A program made the position numbers and the translations under genes. Positions 20,933 to 30,286 of a DNA stretch of 64,000 nucleotides are shown here, piece by piece. The notes below the pieces were generated by a model. The model had not been told where the DNA came from. It was given only the letters and a program-made list of their open reading frames with translations, and searched no databases. Position 1 is the first letter of the stretch; the number at the start of each line of letters is the position of its first letter. Source of the stretch: an uncultured Candidatus Saccharibacteria bacterium (lineage in GTDB: Bacteria; Patescibacteriota; Saccharimonadia; Saccharimonadales; JBBQAJ01); contig CAZQHP010000001.1 in NCBI GenBank assembly GCA_964593805.1, forward strand, positions 192,091 through 256,090. The letters run 5' to 3'.

Positions 20933-21012
20933 AGAGTAGCCCGCCAAAATGTATTTCATTTTGCCGGCGCGATGAGAGGAGATGTTCCCCTCTCATGAGG
21001 TGAAGCCGCTCT
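20933..21012. repeat. multi-hairpin intergenic element, copy A
   Basis: agagtagc - hairpin (ccgccaaaatg/cattttgccgg) - gcgatgagagg/cctctcatgagg hairpin - tgaagccgct, ending on the stop codon of the minus-strand gene at 21011. Shares blocks with 60761..60843 and 46192..46309. Confidence 0.7.
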
Positions 21013-21430
21013 ATTTCCAAACAGAAAGAAGCACACCGTTAATTAGCAATACCACTAGGAAGTAACCAGTGTTAATTGCCCATAGTTTTTTGCGCGTGCC
21101 GGCAAAAATAGTGTTAACGCCCTGTGGTATGGCCACAAAAGCCAGCCATGCCCAAAAGGCTGTAAAAAGCCCGACCGACACGTCGCTGTATGTCGGATAA
21201 AAGTACGCCGCGAACGCGACAAAATGCAACAAAATATATGTCTGAACAAATGCCCCAATAGTGGTAATGACGTATCCCTGGGTTCCATCGCCCATTTCAT
21301 CCATTTTATGCCCTGTTAATTTGGACCACTGCTTGGCAAACAGCGCTGGCGAATACCAGACAAAACCCACCACCATATTTACGACTACGGCCGCAACTAT
21401 TGCTAACCAGTTAATATCTACGCTTGGCAT
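21011..21430 (-). CDS. DUF1761-like small membrane protein
   Basis: 139 aa with four predicted TM helices. The N-terminus, INWLAIVAAVVVNMVVGFVWYSPALFAKQW, resembles the DUF1761 family. Confidence 0.65.
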   Translation of the reverse strand: MPSVDINWLAIVAAVVVNMVVGFVWYSPALFAKQWSKLTGHKMDEMGDGTQGYVITTIGAFVQTYILLHFVAFAAYFYPTYSDVSVGLFTAFWAWLAFVAIPQGVNTIFAGTRKKLWAINTGYFLVVLLINGVLLSVWK

Positions 21431-21501
21431 ACAAACTCCTTATTTATCATAAATCTAGATATACGCTCTTTTACAAGAAATACAATATAAAAACTGTTAA
21501 G

Positions 21502-22245
21502 ATGATTCGTATGGATAACAGTCTTCAGCATCTTGAGGAATTCAAAAAAATTCTTGCTGACTATCATATATCAAATCAGAGCAAAACAATTTTGGCACGT
21601 ACCAAACTTGCTTTGCTTTTGGCGCCTTCGGGGGGAGGACGCAATACGCTAATCCGTGAACTGGTAAAAACCGGCAAATACCATTTTATAGTTTCAGATA
21701 CCACGCGAAAGCCTAGAGTAAACGACGGCATCGCAGAAAAAAACGGCGTGGAGTATTGGTTCAGAACTGAACAAGAAATACTGGCCGATCTAGAAGCAGG
21801 CAAATTCCTGGAAGCAGAACTGATACATGGCCAGCAGGTTTCGGGCATAAGTATACGGGAGTTGCAAAAAGCCCAAGACGAAAACCGAATTGCCATCACC
21901 GATGTGGATATGGGGGGCTTACACAACATTGTGCAGGCCGTTCCTGACATTACGGCCGTTTTGGTACTCCCGCCTTCGTTTGAAGAGTGGCAAAGGCGTA
22001 TGCTAAATAGAGGGGAAATGACCGTGAGTGAACACAAACGCCGCCTCGAGACGGCTATCAAAATATTTTCCATGGCGCTCGAACATAGCTACTTTAAGTT
22101 TGTAATTAATGACAAATTAGAACATGCCGTTGAGCAAATTCAGGCCCTTACCCACAAGCAAGTAAATACAGACCAGCAACAAAAAGACAGGGTGCTTACC
22201 AAACGGCTTATTACTGATACGCAAAATTGGCTAAAAACCAATTAG
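21502..22245 (+). CDS. guanylate kinase-like protein
   Basis: P-loop APSGGGRNTL followed by SDTTRKPR...GVEYWF, typical of the guanylate kinase family. Start taken as MIRMDN at 21502. Confidence 0.7.
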   Translation: MIRMDNSLQHLEEFKKILADYHISNQSKTILARTKLALLLAPSGGGRNTLIRELVKTGKYHFIVSDTTRKPRVNDGIAEKNGVEYWFRTEQEILADLEAGKFLEAELIHGQQVSGISIRELQKAQDENRIAITDVDMGGLHNIVQAVPDITAVLVLPPSFEEWQRRMLNRGEMTVSEHKRRLETAIKIFSMALEHSYFKFVINDKLEHAVEQIQALTHKQVNTDQQQKDRVLTKRLITDTQNWLKTN

Positions 22246-22268
22246 CACTCTTGACACCCGAGTGCCAG
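22242..22268 (+). promoter_or_regulatory. CIRCE operator 1 (HrcA binding site)
   Basis: TTAGCACTC-ttgacaccc-GAGTGCCAG versus consensus TTAGCACTC-N9-GAGTGCTAA. Confidence 0.8.
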
Positions 22269-22280
22269 CTCTAGTACAAT
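22251..22280 (+). promoter_or_regulatory. sigma-70-type promoter of the hrcA-grpE-dnaK operon
   Basis: TTGACA (22251..22256), an 18-nt spacer, then TACAAT (22275..22280). Bracketed by the two CIRCE elements. Confidence 0.6.
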
Positions 22281-22306
22281 TAGCACTAGCTTAAGATGAG
22301 TGCTTA
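22280..22306 (+). promoter_or_regulatory. CIRCE operator 2
   Basis: TTAGCACTA-gcttaagat-GAGTGCTTA. Overlaps the hrcA start region. Confidence 0.8.
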
Positions 22307-23010
22307 TGACAGACAGACAAGCTAAACTATTAGCCGCAATTGTAGAGCAATACGCCGAAGTAGCCAGTCCGGTCGGTTCTTCGCTGTTGGCCAAAGCCTT
22401 CAACGTCTCGTCCGCAACCATCCGCGCCGAAATGGCCGAATTAGAACGTATGGGCTATATACAACAGCCCCACACCAGCGCCGGCAGAGTGCCTACGGAC
22501 AAAGGCTATAGGTTTTATGTAAACAACATGACCGAACAGATAGAAACATCCGCGGAACGCCGCGGCGAACGTGCTCTTACGGCTCGCGTGTCTGGCGGCG
22601 GTCTGCCAGAACGCACTATTCGTAACGCCGTGGATACTCTCGTAGAACTGACTCACAACCTAGGACTGGCCACCATCGGCGACCAGTTGTACATGGGGGG
22701 TTTGGCCAATTTATTCGGCCAACCAGAATTTATAGGTGGCGCCCAGGTACAGCAGGTTGCTCGCCTGCTGGATAATCTAGAGCCATGGCTCAGGGAAGCC
22801 GCGCCCAATCAACCTCTCAGTGTATATATAGGCGCAGAAAATCCCATTGGCCGCAGCGCGCAGTGTTCGCTTATCATCAGTAAATTCCGTAGTCCCTACA
22901 GCGATGAAAGCTACATCGGCGTGCTTGGACCCACCCGCCAAAGCTACCGCGACGTCATGAACTTGGTAGAGCACGCCGGCCGCACCCTGGAAGGAGCTTT
23001 GTATGAGTAA
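22300..23010 (+). CDS. hrcA: heat-inducible transcription repressor HrcA (short form)
   Basis: N-terminal winged-helix region, RQAKLLAAIVEQYAEVASPVGSSLLAK...SSATIRAEMAELERMGYIQQPHTSAGRVPTDKGYRFYV. The start is GTG at 22300 or, more likely, ATG at 22306. Preceded by CIRCE sites. Confidence 0.85.
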   Translation: MLMTDRQAKLLAAIVEQYAEVASPVGSSLLAKAFNVSSATIRAEMAELERMGYIQQPHTSAGRVPTDKGYRFYVNNMTEQIETSAERRGERALTARVSGGGLPERTIRNAVDTLVELTHNLGLATIGDQLYMGGLANLFGQPEFIGGAQVQQVARLLDNLEPWLREAAPNQPLSVYIGAENPIGRSAQCSLIISKFRSPYSDESYIGVLGPTRQSYRDVMNLVEHAGRTLEGALYE

Positions 23011-23467
23011 GAAACCAACCCGCAAAGATTTGGAACAGCAAATTGGCGAACTGACCGAAGCGCTGCAGCGCGAGCGAGCAGATGTCATAAACATTCGCCG
23101 CCGCCACGAAGAACAGCTAGGCGGGCTAAAAGATTTGGTCAAAGCCAGCGTGGTTCGTGAGCTACTGCCAGTTATAGACAACTTCGAACGGGCGCTGAAA
23201 CACGTGCCATCAGATCTGGCAAAGAACGACTATGTCAAAGGCGTAAACGCGGTTGTAGCGCAGTTTGAAAACACACTCAAAGGCATGGGTGTCGAGCGCA
23301 TCAAAACTGTGGGACAGGCCTTTGACCCGCACCTGCACGAAGCTGTCAGTCATGACGGTGGCGACGGTGAACATGAAGTGGTCAGTGAAGAATTGCAGTC
23401 TGGGTATAAGCTGGGTGACGAAGTTATCCGACATGCTATGGTCAAAGTAAAGATGGAAAGTAAATAA
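23003..23467 (+). CDS. grpE: nucleotide exchange factor GrpE
   Basis: 154 aa. Coiled-coil N-terminus, DNFERA, and FDPHLHEAV...V.V (the GrpE C-terminal beta domain). Confidence 0.9.
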   Translation: MSKKPTRKDLEQQIGELTEALQRERADVINIRRRHEEQLGGLKDLVKASVVRELLPVIDNFERALKHVPSDLAKNDYVKGVNAVVAQFENTLKGMGVERIKTVGQAFDPHLHEAVSHDGGDGEHEVVSEELQSGYKLGDEVIRHAMVKVKMESK

Positions 23468-23479
23468 GGAGGAATAAAT

Positions 23480-23737
23480 ATGCCAGGAGGAGAACAAAGA
23501 AACTTGCGACCACCCTACGAAGGGACAGACGCCGAGATAATCGCAGACTGGAGAGCAAACGGCTACTTCCCAGAAGATGAACCCTACGGCGATTTTGTAG
23601 GAATTGTTAATCCTACGGGTCAGGAAGTTGACAAAGCGGTTTATGGGCCAGACGCAGTGAGTATAGACCCTGATACCGGCGAGCATAAACCAATAGGCGG
23701 ACAATCTATACCGCTCGATACTTTAATTGAAGAATAG
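23480..23737 (+). CDS. small acidic hypothetical protein inside the dnaK operon
   Basis: 85-aa ORF with a strong RBS (taaggagga, 7 nt before ATG), tightly packed between grpE and dnaK. No family recognised. Confidence 0.5.
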   Translation: MPGGEQRNLRPPYEGTDAEIIADWRANGYFPEDEPYGDFVGIVNPTGQEVDKAVYGPDAVSIDPDTGEHKPIGGQSIPLDTLIEE

Positions 23738-23748
23738 GAGGAAATTAT

Positions 23749-25668
23749 ATGGGTAAAATTATCGGGATAGATCTAGGAACAACCAACAGCGCCATGGCGG
23801 TTATGCAGGCCGGTAAGGCGGAGATTGTGGCCAACAGCGAAGGCGGCCGTACTACACCGTCAGTCGTTGCTGTTAATAAAAACGGTGAACGTTTGGTGGG
23901 CCAAGTGGCTCGCCGCCAGCAGGTTACCAACCCTAAAAACACCATTTATGAAGTGAAGCGCCTGATTGGCCGCAAGTGGGAAGACAAAGAAGTCCAGCGC
24001 GACATCAAACTCATGGGTTATGAGATGGTCAAATCCGGCACCGGTGTCAAAGTAAAAATGGGCGATAAAGAGTACAGCTCTGAAGAAGTCAGCGCCATGG
24101 TGCTTGGCAAGCTCAAAGCCGATGCCGAAGCTTTCCTGGGCGAACCAGTCACAGAAGCGGTTATAACAGTGCCGGCTTACTTTGACGACTCTCAGCGCCA
24201 GGCTACTAAAGACGCTGGCAAGATAGCCGGTCTGGAAGTAAAGCGCATCATCAACGAACCAACCGCCGCCGCACTGGCATATGGTTTGGACAAGGCTGAG
24301 AAGAAAGACGAAAAGATTGCTGTCTACGACCTTGGTGGCGGTACATTTGACGTCTCCATCCTAGAACTGGGCGACGGCGTGTTTGAGGTGAAATCAACCA
24401 ACGGCGACACACACCTGGGCGGTGCCGACTTCGACCGCGTGCTGGTAAACTACCTACGCGACGAATTCAAAAAAGAAAGCGGTGTGGATGTAACCGACGA
24501 CAATGCTGCCATGCAGCGCCTGCGCGACGAAGCCGAAAAAGCCAAGATTGAACTCAGCACCACCAACGAAGTCGCCATAAACCTGCCATTCCTGACTGCC
24601 GACGCCGACGGCCCCAAGCACTTTGAAACCAAACTGACCCGAGCCAAGCTGGAAAGCCTAGTCGGCGAGCTGATAGACAAAACTGCCGCTCCGTGCGAAA
24701 AGGCACTCAAAGACGCCGGCCTAAAAGCCAACGAAATCGACGCCGTGGTACTAGTGGGCGGCATGACCCGCATGCCCGCAGTCCAAGAAAAGGTCAAAAA
24801 GATTTTTGGCAAAGACCCTATGAAGGGCGTAAACCCAGATGAAGTTGTCGCCATCGGCGCGGCCATTCAGGGTGGAGTATTGCAGGGAGATGTGAAAGAC
24901 GTGCTGCTACTGGACGTAACGCCTCTAAGTCTTGGAATCGAAACACTCGGAAGCGTAGCTACCAAGCTGATTGAACGAAACACCACCATCCCAACCAGCA
25001 AATCAGAAACCTTTAGCACAGCCGCGGACAACCAGCCGCAGGTAGAAATCCATGTGGTCCAGGGCGAACGCGAAATGGTCGCAGACAACAAATCACTAGG
25101 TCGTTTCGTATTAGACGGCATCCCATCAGCACCCAGAGGCGTACCGCAGATTGAAGTGACGTTTAACATAGATGCCAATGGCATCCTTAATGTCAGCGCC
25201 AAGGACAAAGGTTCTGGCAAAGAGCAGTCCATAACCATCAGCGGTAGCGGCAACCTGGACAAGACAGAAGTGGAAAAAATGGCCAAAGAAGCCGAAGCTC
25301 ACGCCGACGAAGACAAAGCCAAGCGCGAGAGCATAGATGCCCGCAACCAGCTCGACGCGGCTGTGTACCAGGCAGAAAAAATGAAGTCTGATAATAAAGA
25401 CAAGATTTCCGAAGAAGATGTGAAAGTCATCGACGAAGCAGTAGAAGCAGCCAAAAAAGTAGTGGCAGATGAAAAGTCAGACAAAGAAGCCCTAGAAGCA
25501 GCCGGCAAAGAATTGTCTGACAAGATCATGCCCATAGGCGCTAAAATGTACGAGCAGACAAGTAAGGACGAAGCTCCAGCCGAAGGTGAAGAAACTAAAA
25601 AGACTGATAAAGACCAACCGGTAGAGGGCGAAGTCGTAGACGAAAAAGACGATAAAAAGGAAAAATAA
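23749..25668 (+). CDS. dnaK: molecular chaperone DnaK (Hsp70)
   Basis: [17 protein letters not shown] and [10 protein letters not shown] motifs. 639 aa. Confidence 0.97.
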   Translation: MGKIIGIDLGTTNSAMAVMQAGKAEIVANSEGGRTTPSVVAVNKNGERLVGQVARRQQVTNPKNTIYEVKRLIGRKWEDKEVQRDIKLMGYEMVKSGTGVKVKMGDKEYSSEEVSAMVLGKLKADAEAFLGEPVTEAVITVPAYFDDSQRQATKDAGKIAGLEVKRIINEPTAAALAYGLDKAEKKDEKIAVYDLGGGTFDVSILELGDGVFEVKSTNGDTHLGGADFDRVLVNYLRDEFKKESGVDVTDDNAAMQRLRDEAEKAKIELSTTNEVAINLPFLTADADGPKHFETKLTRAKLESLVGELIDKTAAPCEKALKDAGLKANEIDAVVLVGGMTRMPAVQEKVKKIFGKDPMKGVNPDEVVAIGAAIQGGVLQGDVKDVLLLDVTPLSLGIETLGSVATKLIERNTTIPTSKSETFSTAADNQPQVEIHVVQGEREMVADNKSLGRFVLDGIPSAPRGVPQIEVTFNIDANGILNVSAKDKGSGKEQSITISGSGNLDKTEVEKMAKEAEAHADEDKAKRESIDARNQLDAAVYQAEKMKSDNKDKISEEDVKVIDEAVEAAKKVVADEKSDKEALEAAGKELSDKIMPIGAKMYEQTSKDEAPAEGEETKKTDKDQPVEGEVVDEKDDKKEK

Positions 25669-25913
25669 TGTCAAACGAAAAAGCCGAGAGGCGAAAACTT
25701 GGCGAGGAAATTGCAGCGTACTACAAAAGAGATGATTTGCCGTTGCCCGACGATGACGAAACAGCTCGCCCGAGCCCTTTGAAAGCAGCGCCGGATGTTT
25801 TTGTCGAACCATTAAGCAGAGAAGAACGGGAAGAGATTACTGCGATCGGTGATAAATATGAAAAAGAATTCGTAAGACCCAACGTTGAGAAAGTTGACAA
25901 TGACCAAACATGA
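25668..25913 (+). CDS. small acidic hypothetical protein
   Basis: 81-aa ORF whose ATG overlaps the dnaK stop (TAATG). No family recognised. Confidence 0.45.
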   Translation: MSNEKAERRKLGEEIAAYYKRDDLPLPDDDETARPSPLKAAPDVFVEPLSREEREEITAIGDKYEKEFVRPNVEKVDNDQT

Positions 25914-25970
25914 CTGCCATACAATTCAAGAACCGAGTATCTTAACTAGGTTATTTAGTAGAGTGAAATA

Positions 25971-26312
25971 ATGAACATTTTCCCAGCCGCAGAACTATTT
26001 GGGGAAGCGCCATCAACACGGGCTGAGATAATTGCCGAAGCAACCTCGGGCGCCGTAATACAATCTAGAGCTGAACTTGCTGCTGGTGTTTCGTTTGAGC
26101 CATCCATGGTTCGTGGGCTAGCAATGGTTAGAGAAACATATGCTCTAAGCGAAAAAGAGGCTGCAGAGGTAGCAAAAACTGCATTGGCTGAGCTATTTGG
26201 AAAGACCAAAGAAGAGATAAATGAAGAAGTTGCTCTTTTTTGGCGCCAAAGCCGAGAGGCATTTTTCAATGACTTGGGAACTGGGGAAGGCGACAGTAAT
26301 GACCAAGCGTGA
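25971..26312 (+). CDS. small hypothetical protein
   Basis: 113-aa ORF between dnaK and dnaJ. Its end overlaps the dnaJ start by 14 nt. Weak RBS. No family recognised. Confidence 0.4.
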   Translation: MNIFPAAELFGEAPSTRAEIIAEATSGAVIQSRAELAAGVSFEPSMVRGLAMVRETYALSEKEAAEVAKTALAELFGKTKEEINEEVALFWRQSREAFFNDLGTGEGDSNDQA

Positions 26313-27411
26313 TTATTACGAAGTTTTAGGAGTTGGCAAGAACGCTTCTGCTGACGAGATTAAAAAGGCTTTTCGTAAAGCTGCCGTACAGCACCACCCG
26401 GACAAAGAGGGCGGTGATGAAACTAAATTCAAAGAAATAAATGAAGCCTACGAAGTTCTCAAAGACGCCTCTAAGCGTCAGCGCTACGACCAGTTCGGCC
26501 ATGCCGGCGTGGGCGGCGCGTCTGGCGGCGGCAATCCGTATGAAGGTTTTAGCGGATTCGGCGGCCAGGGCCAGGAGATGCACTTTGATTTCGGAGACTT
26601 GGGGCTGGGAGACATATTTGGCAGTTTCTTCGGCGGTAACACCGGCGGCCGGCAAAGCCAGCGAAGCAACCGCGGCCGAGACGTAGAAACCAGCATAGAC
26701 ATTACCTTTGAACAAGCGGTCTTTGGCACGGAAGTAGACCTGAAAATCAGCCTGGAAGACACCTGTGAGCACTGCAAAGGTACTACAGCCGAACCTGGCC
26801 ACGAACTTATAACTTGCGAGCAGTGCAAAGGCTCCGGCCAAGTTGTCACCGCCACGCGTACCATATTTGGCAACATCCAACAGGCCCAAACTTGTCCTAA
26901 ATGCCGTGGTACCGGCAAAGTACCAGAAAAAACCTGCAGCGTTTGCCACGGCAAAGGCACAAAGCAGAAAAGCCAAGAAATCCGGCTCAAAGTTCCCGCC
27001 GGCATAGACGAAGACGGCGCCACCATCCGCTTGCGTGAACACGGCGAAGCTATAGCTAACGGCCCCAAAGGCGATTTGTATGTCCACGTGCGCGTAAAAC
27101 CGCACAAACGCTTCACTCGCGAAGGCGACTTAATTCTCAGCGAAGCGCACATAGACATGGTAGACGCGGCTTTAGGCACGGAAATAGCGGTAGAAACGGT
27201 AGACGGACCTATCAAGATGAAAGTCCCCGCTGGCACCCAGTCTGGCAGCGACTTCAAGCTGTCCGGCCACGGCGTGCCGCATTTGAAGAGCGAAACCCGC
27301 GGCGCCCACATCGTAACCATCCTGGTAGACACACCTACTAAACTCGGCAAGCGACAGCAAGAACTTCTAGAAGAGTTCAAAAACAACACCAAACGCGGCC
27401 TCTTTAGTTAA
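26299..27411 (+). CDS. dnaJ: molecular chaperone DnaJ
   Basis: J-domain DYYEVLGV...HHPDK, a Gly-rich linker and four CxxCxGxG zinc repeats ([32 protein letters not shown]). Start at MTKRDYY. Confidence 0.95.
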   Translation: MTKRDYYEVLGVGKNASADEIKKAFRKAAVQHHPDKEGGDETKFKEINEAYEVLKDASKRQRYDQFGHAGVGGASGGGNPYEGFSGFGGQGQEMHFDFGDLGLGDIFGSFFGGNTGGRQSQRSNRGRDVETSIDITFEQAVFGTEVDLKISLEDTCEHCKGTTAEPGHELITCEQCKGSGQVVTATRTIFGNIQQAQTCPKCRGTGKVPEKTCSVCHGKGTKQKSQEIRLKVPAGIDEDGATIRLREHGEAIANGPKGDLYVHVRVKPHKRFTREGDLILSEAHIDMVDAALGTEIAVETVDGPIKMKVPAGTQSGSDFKLSGHGVPHLKSETRGAHIVTILVDTPTKLGKRQQELLEEFKNNTKRGLFS

Positions 27412-27457
27412 ACCAGGAGTAATTGCATAAACGCAAGCTTTATGATATAATGTAGCT

Positions 27458-28150
27458 ATGCCTGCAAAAAGGCCGAAATTGGGCCACCCAGAACCAGTAG
27501 AACTGTTGCCTACGCCGTCTCTAGAACATCGAGACGCAGTACTTGAAGAACGTCGTCGGAATGCCCGCCAGATGGGCGAAATAGCCCTGCGGTTCAAAGC
27601 GCTTCATGAAAAAGCCTACACCGACGAATTGACAGGTTTAGGTAATCGCCGATTGTTCGAAGAGTCCTTTCCGCAACACTTTGATTTTGCTCGAAACAAT
27701 GGCATAACACTAGCGCTAGCTTTTGCGGATGTGCGGGGACTAAAGCGAACCAATAAAAAGTCGGGGTATCCAAAGGGTGATGACTTGCTTAGGTCGGCCG
27801 CCAAATCGTTTCAGCAAATCGTACGCGAAGGCGACATTGTGGCAAGAATAGGTGGCGATGAATTCGCAGCAATTCTGGTGGGTTATTCGCCAAAACCCGG
27901 CCAATCTCAAGCAGAATTGAACCAGGAAACCGCGGAGCGATTGAGTGGGAGTTTTGTCACTCAAGCCCAAAAACATGGAATTCCGGACGAACTGCATGTA
28001 GGTCTAGATGTTGCGATAATAAACGAAACTGATCACGATACGCACCTTTCAATGTTTGACAAGGCCGATAAAGCACTGCGAGCACTGCAAAAACAAGAAT
28101 ACATAAACCTTGATGAAATGGGCATTACTTTTGTGGACAGCCGTCTATAG
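27458..28150 (+). CDS. GGDEF-domain diguanylate cyclase without a recognisable sensor domain
   Basis: LTGLGNRRLF...ARIGGDEFAAIL (intact GGDEF). Only about 55 aa precede the catalytic domain. Confidence 0.85.
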   Translation: MPAKRPKLGHPEPVELLPTPSLEHRDAVLEERRRNARQMGEIALRFKALHEKAYTDELTGLGNRRLFEESFPQHFDFARNNGITLALAFADVRGLKRTNKKSGYPKGDDLLRSAAKSFQQIVREGDIVARIGGDEFAAILVGYSPKPGQSQAELNQETAERLSGSFVTQAQKHGIPDELHVGLDVAIINETDHDTHLSMFDKADKALRALQKQEYINLDEMGITFVDSRL

Positions 28151-28195
28151 CTGCAACTATACAAATTGATCGTTTTGGTCAATAATGAGCTTAAG

Positions 28196-28312
28196 ATGAA
28201 AAAGCTTAAGCCTGAACAAGAAGGTTTTATACCGTTGCTATTAGGACTTATACTACTACTCATACTCGGCGTGTTATTCGTGTATCTTCGCGTCAGCCAC
28301 GCCAGCCAGTAG
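28196..28312 (+). CDS. candidate 38-aa single-pass membrane peptide
   Basis: ATG..TAG read by eye: MKKLKPEQEGFIPLLLGLILLLILGVLFVYLRVSHASQ. Below the ORF-track size cutoff. The only support is its hydrophobic core and intergenic position. Confidence 0.25.
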   Translation: MKKLKPEQEGFIPLLLGLILLLILGVLFVYLRVSHASQ

Positions 28313-28355
28313 CATTGACAGAGTAGGCTAATTTTGATATAATATACATTGTTTA

Positions 28356-28802
28356 TTGGTTAATACAATGAAACATACAACTACGCCCAAAACACTCGCA
28401 TCATTTGAACCGGTTATGTTCCCGGATTTTGCTAATATTGGCCGGATTATGGCCAAAATTGACACCGGCGCCTACACCGGCGCTTTTCACTGTACCAAGA
28501 TCAGGGAAGAAACTACACCCGAAGGCAAAGTACTGCGTTTTTCCCCATTTGACCACCCCGAAACAGAGGTAAGTTTGACAGACTTCGCCGTACGCCACGT
28601 CCGCAGCAGCAACGGGGGCGATCAAAACCGTTATTTTATAGACACCGTTGTAAAAATTCAGGGAGAAACATACCCGATTGTGCTAAGCTTAGCGGACCGG
28701 TCAGAAATGAAATGGCCGGTGTTAATCGGTCGCAAGTTCTTGCGAAAAAACAACTTCCTAGTCGACGTAAGCAAGAAACCGCAGGCAAGGATTCAATCAT
28801 GA
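28356..28802 (+). CDS. RimB-like / DUF785 retropepsin-like protease
   Basis: 148 aa with AKIDTGAYTGAFH and PVLIGRKFL blocks typical of the 'ATP-dependent zinc protease' (DUF785) family, which usually accompanies rimK. Its stop overlaps the rimK start (ATGA). Confidence 0.7.
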   Translation: MVNTMKHTTTPKTLASFEPVMFPDFANIGRIMAKIDTGAYTGAFHCTKIREETTPEGKVLRFSPFDHPETEVSLTDFAVRHVRSSNGGDQNRYFIDTVVKIQGETYPIVLSLADRSEMKWPVLIGRKFLRKNNFLVDVSKKPQARIQS

Positions 28803-29713
28803 AAATAGCTATTTTATCCAACGGACCAGGCAATTACTCCACCAAGCGCCTCAAAGAAGAGGCCTTGGCTCGCGGCCACGAAGTTGAAATTATCAAGTAC
28901 AAAGATTGCTACGCCGGTATTGAGCAAAGCAACCCAGTCGTTCACTACAAAGGTGAAAAGTTGGAGGGGTTTGACGTGGTAATCCCTCGGATTGCAAGCT
29001 ATATGACACGCTACGGTTCGGCTATTGTGCGCCAATTTGAAATGCAGGGCGTGTTTACCACCACTAGCTCAATCGCGCTGGTGCGTTCACGCGATAAACT
29101 GCGAAGTATGCAGCTGCTGGCGCGAGCTGGCGTGGGCATACCAAAAACCGTTTTTTCGCGCGGCGTAACGACCGATTTAGATGATTTGATTGAAGGTCTT
29201 GGCGGTTCGCCAGTAATCATCAAGCTGGCGCGAGGCACCCACGGCAACGGCGTAGTTTTGGCCGAAACGAAGAAAGCGGCCAAATCTGTACTCCAGGCAT
29301 TTTACGTCATGGATGACGACGGTACTAACATCATGCTCCAAGAATTTATAAAGGAATCCGCCGGCGAAGACATGAGGGCGTTTATTGTGAATGGTAAGGT
29401 TGTGGCTAGTATGAAGCGCCAGAGCTTAGACGACGATTTTCGTTCCAACCTGCATCAAGGCGGCGAAGGTAAAGCTGTCAAGCTCACAGAAGAAGAACGC
29501 AAAACTGCCCAAAAAGCCGCCCGTGCCATGGGTCTCTCCATCTGCGGCGTGGATATGATGCGTTCCGACAAAGGGCCGCTAGTCCTGGAGGTAAACGCCA
29601 GCCCCGGCTTTGGTATTGAAAAAGTCACTGGCCGCAATGTAGCCGGGCCGATAATTGACTACATAGAACAAAACGCCAATCGTAAACGCCGCCGCGACCG
29701 AGTCGGTGCCTAG
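28799..29713 (+). CDS. rimK: RimK-family ATP-grasp alpha-L-glutamate ligase
   Basis: MKIAILS..., ATP-grasp blocks (PVIIKLARGTHGNGVVL, QEFI, GVDMMRS..GPLVLEVNASPG). Start taken at 28799. Confidence 0.9.
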   Translation: MKIAILSNGPGNYSTKRLKEEALARGHEVEIIKYKDCYAGIEQSNPVVHYKGEKLEGFDVVIPRIASYMTRYGSAIVRQFEMQGVFTTTSSIALVRSRDKLRSMQLLARAGVGIPKTVFSRGVTTDLDDLIEGLGGSPVIIKLARGTHGNGVVLAETKKAAKSVLQAFYVMDDDGTNIMLQEFIKESAGEDMRAFIVNGKVVASMKRQSLDDDFRSNLHQGGEGKAVKLTEEERKTAQKAARAMGLSICGVDMMRSDKGPLVLEVNASPGFGIEKVTGRNVAGPIIDYIEQNANRKRRRDRVGA

Positions 29714-29800
29714 GGGCTCTCACCGCAATTGCCGACTTGCTAGGTTTGGATAAGAAGTAAAGCAGTAGCTTTTTGCGTGTGAGCCGGTTATGATTATGTC

Positions 29801-30280
29801 ATGCCGCCAATCATCCTCCTTGCCATAATTACCGGGTTGCCGCTTGCGCTGGCGGTTTTGCTTAGAGTTAAACCGTTGTATTTGTTTGTCAGTATAGTTA
29901 CCGGCTATTTTTGGGTGCAGTTTTTGGGTGAAACCGCTGAACTGATAGTGCGATCCATGGTACAAATTTCTCACCCGGATATCGCGGTTCGGTTGGGATT
30001 GCTGCTGCTGCCAGTTGTATTTACGTTCATGCTCATGCGCAAAACATTATCGGCTTCCGCGCTGCCGTTCCAGTTTATTTTGCTGGTTGCCAACAGCTTA
30101 TTGCTAGCCACGTTTTTAATCCCGCTGCTTTCCGCAGGTACACAGGGCGCAATCTACCAGACGCACACCGGCAGCATAGTTAGGCAAGCTCACGATGTTT
30201 CAATCGCTGGAGTCGCCGGCTTGCATCTGCTGGTCATGTTTCTGATGCGCCCAAAACCTCATGGCAAGCATCGCAAGTAG
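29801..30280 (+). CDS. hypothetical integral membrane protein
   Basis: 159 aa with about 5 hydrophobic segments. No family recognised. Confidence 0.5.
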   Translation: MPPIILLAIITGLPLALAVLLRVKPLYLFVSIVTGYFWVQFLGETAELIVRSMVQISHPDIAVRLGLLLLPVVFTFMLMRKTLSASALPFQFILLVANSLLLATFLIPLLSAGTQGAIYQTHTGSIVRQAHDVSIAGVAGLHLLVMFLMRPKPHGKHRK

Positions 30281-30286
30281 AACCGT

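Noticed and set aside
20794-21003. A 69-aa ORF downstream of the lepA insertion.
   Set aside because: It starts inside the orphan lepA repeat, then runs through the terminator hairpin and intergenic element A. It is Cys-rich nonsense-like sequence, better explained as non-coding.
20933-21012. Reading the three intergenic elements as integron attC sites, given their position right after stop codons.
   Set aside because: I could find no GTTRRRY / RYYYAAC core pair at the element ends, no integrase and no cassette array. The adjacent genes are ordinary chromosomal genes.
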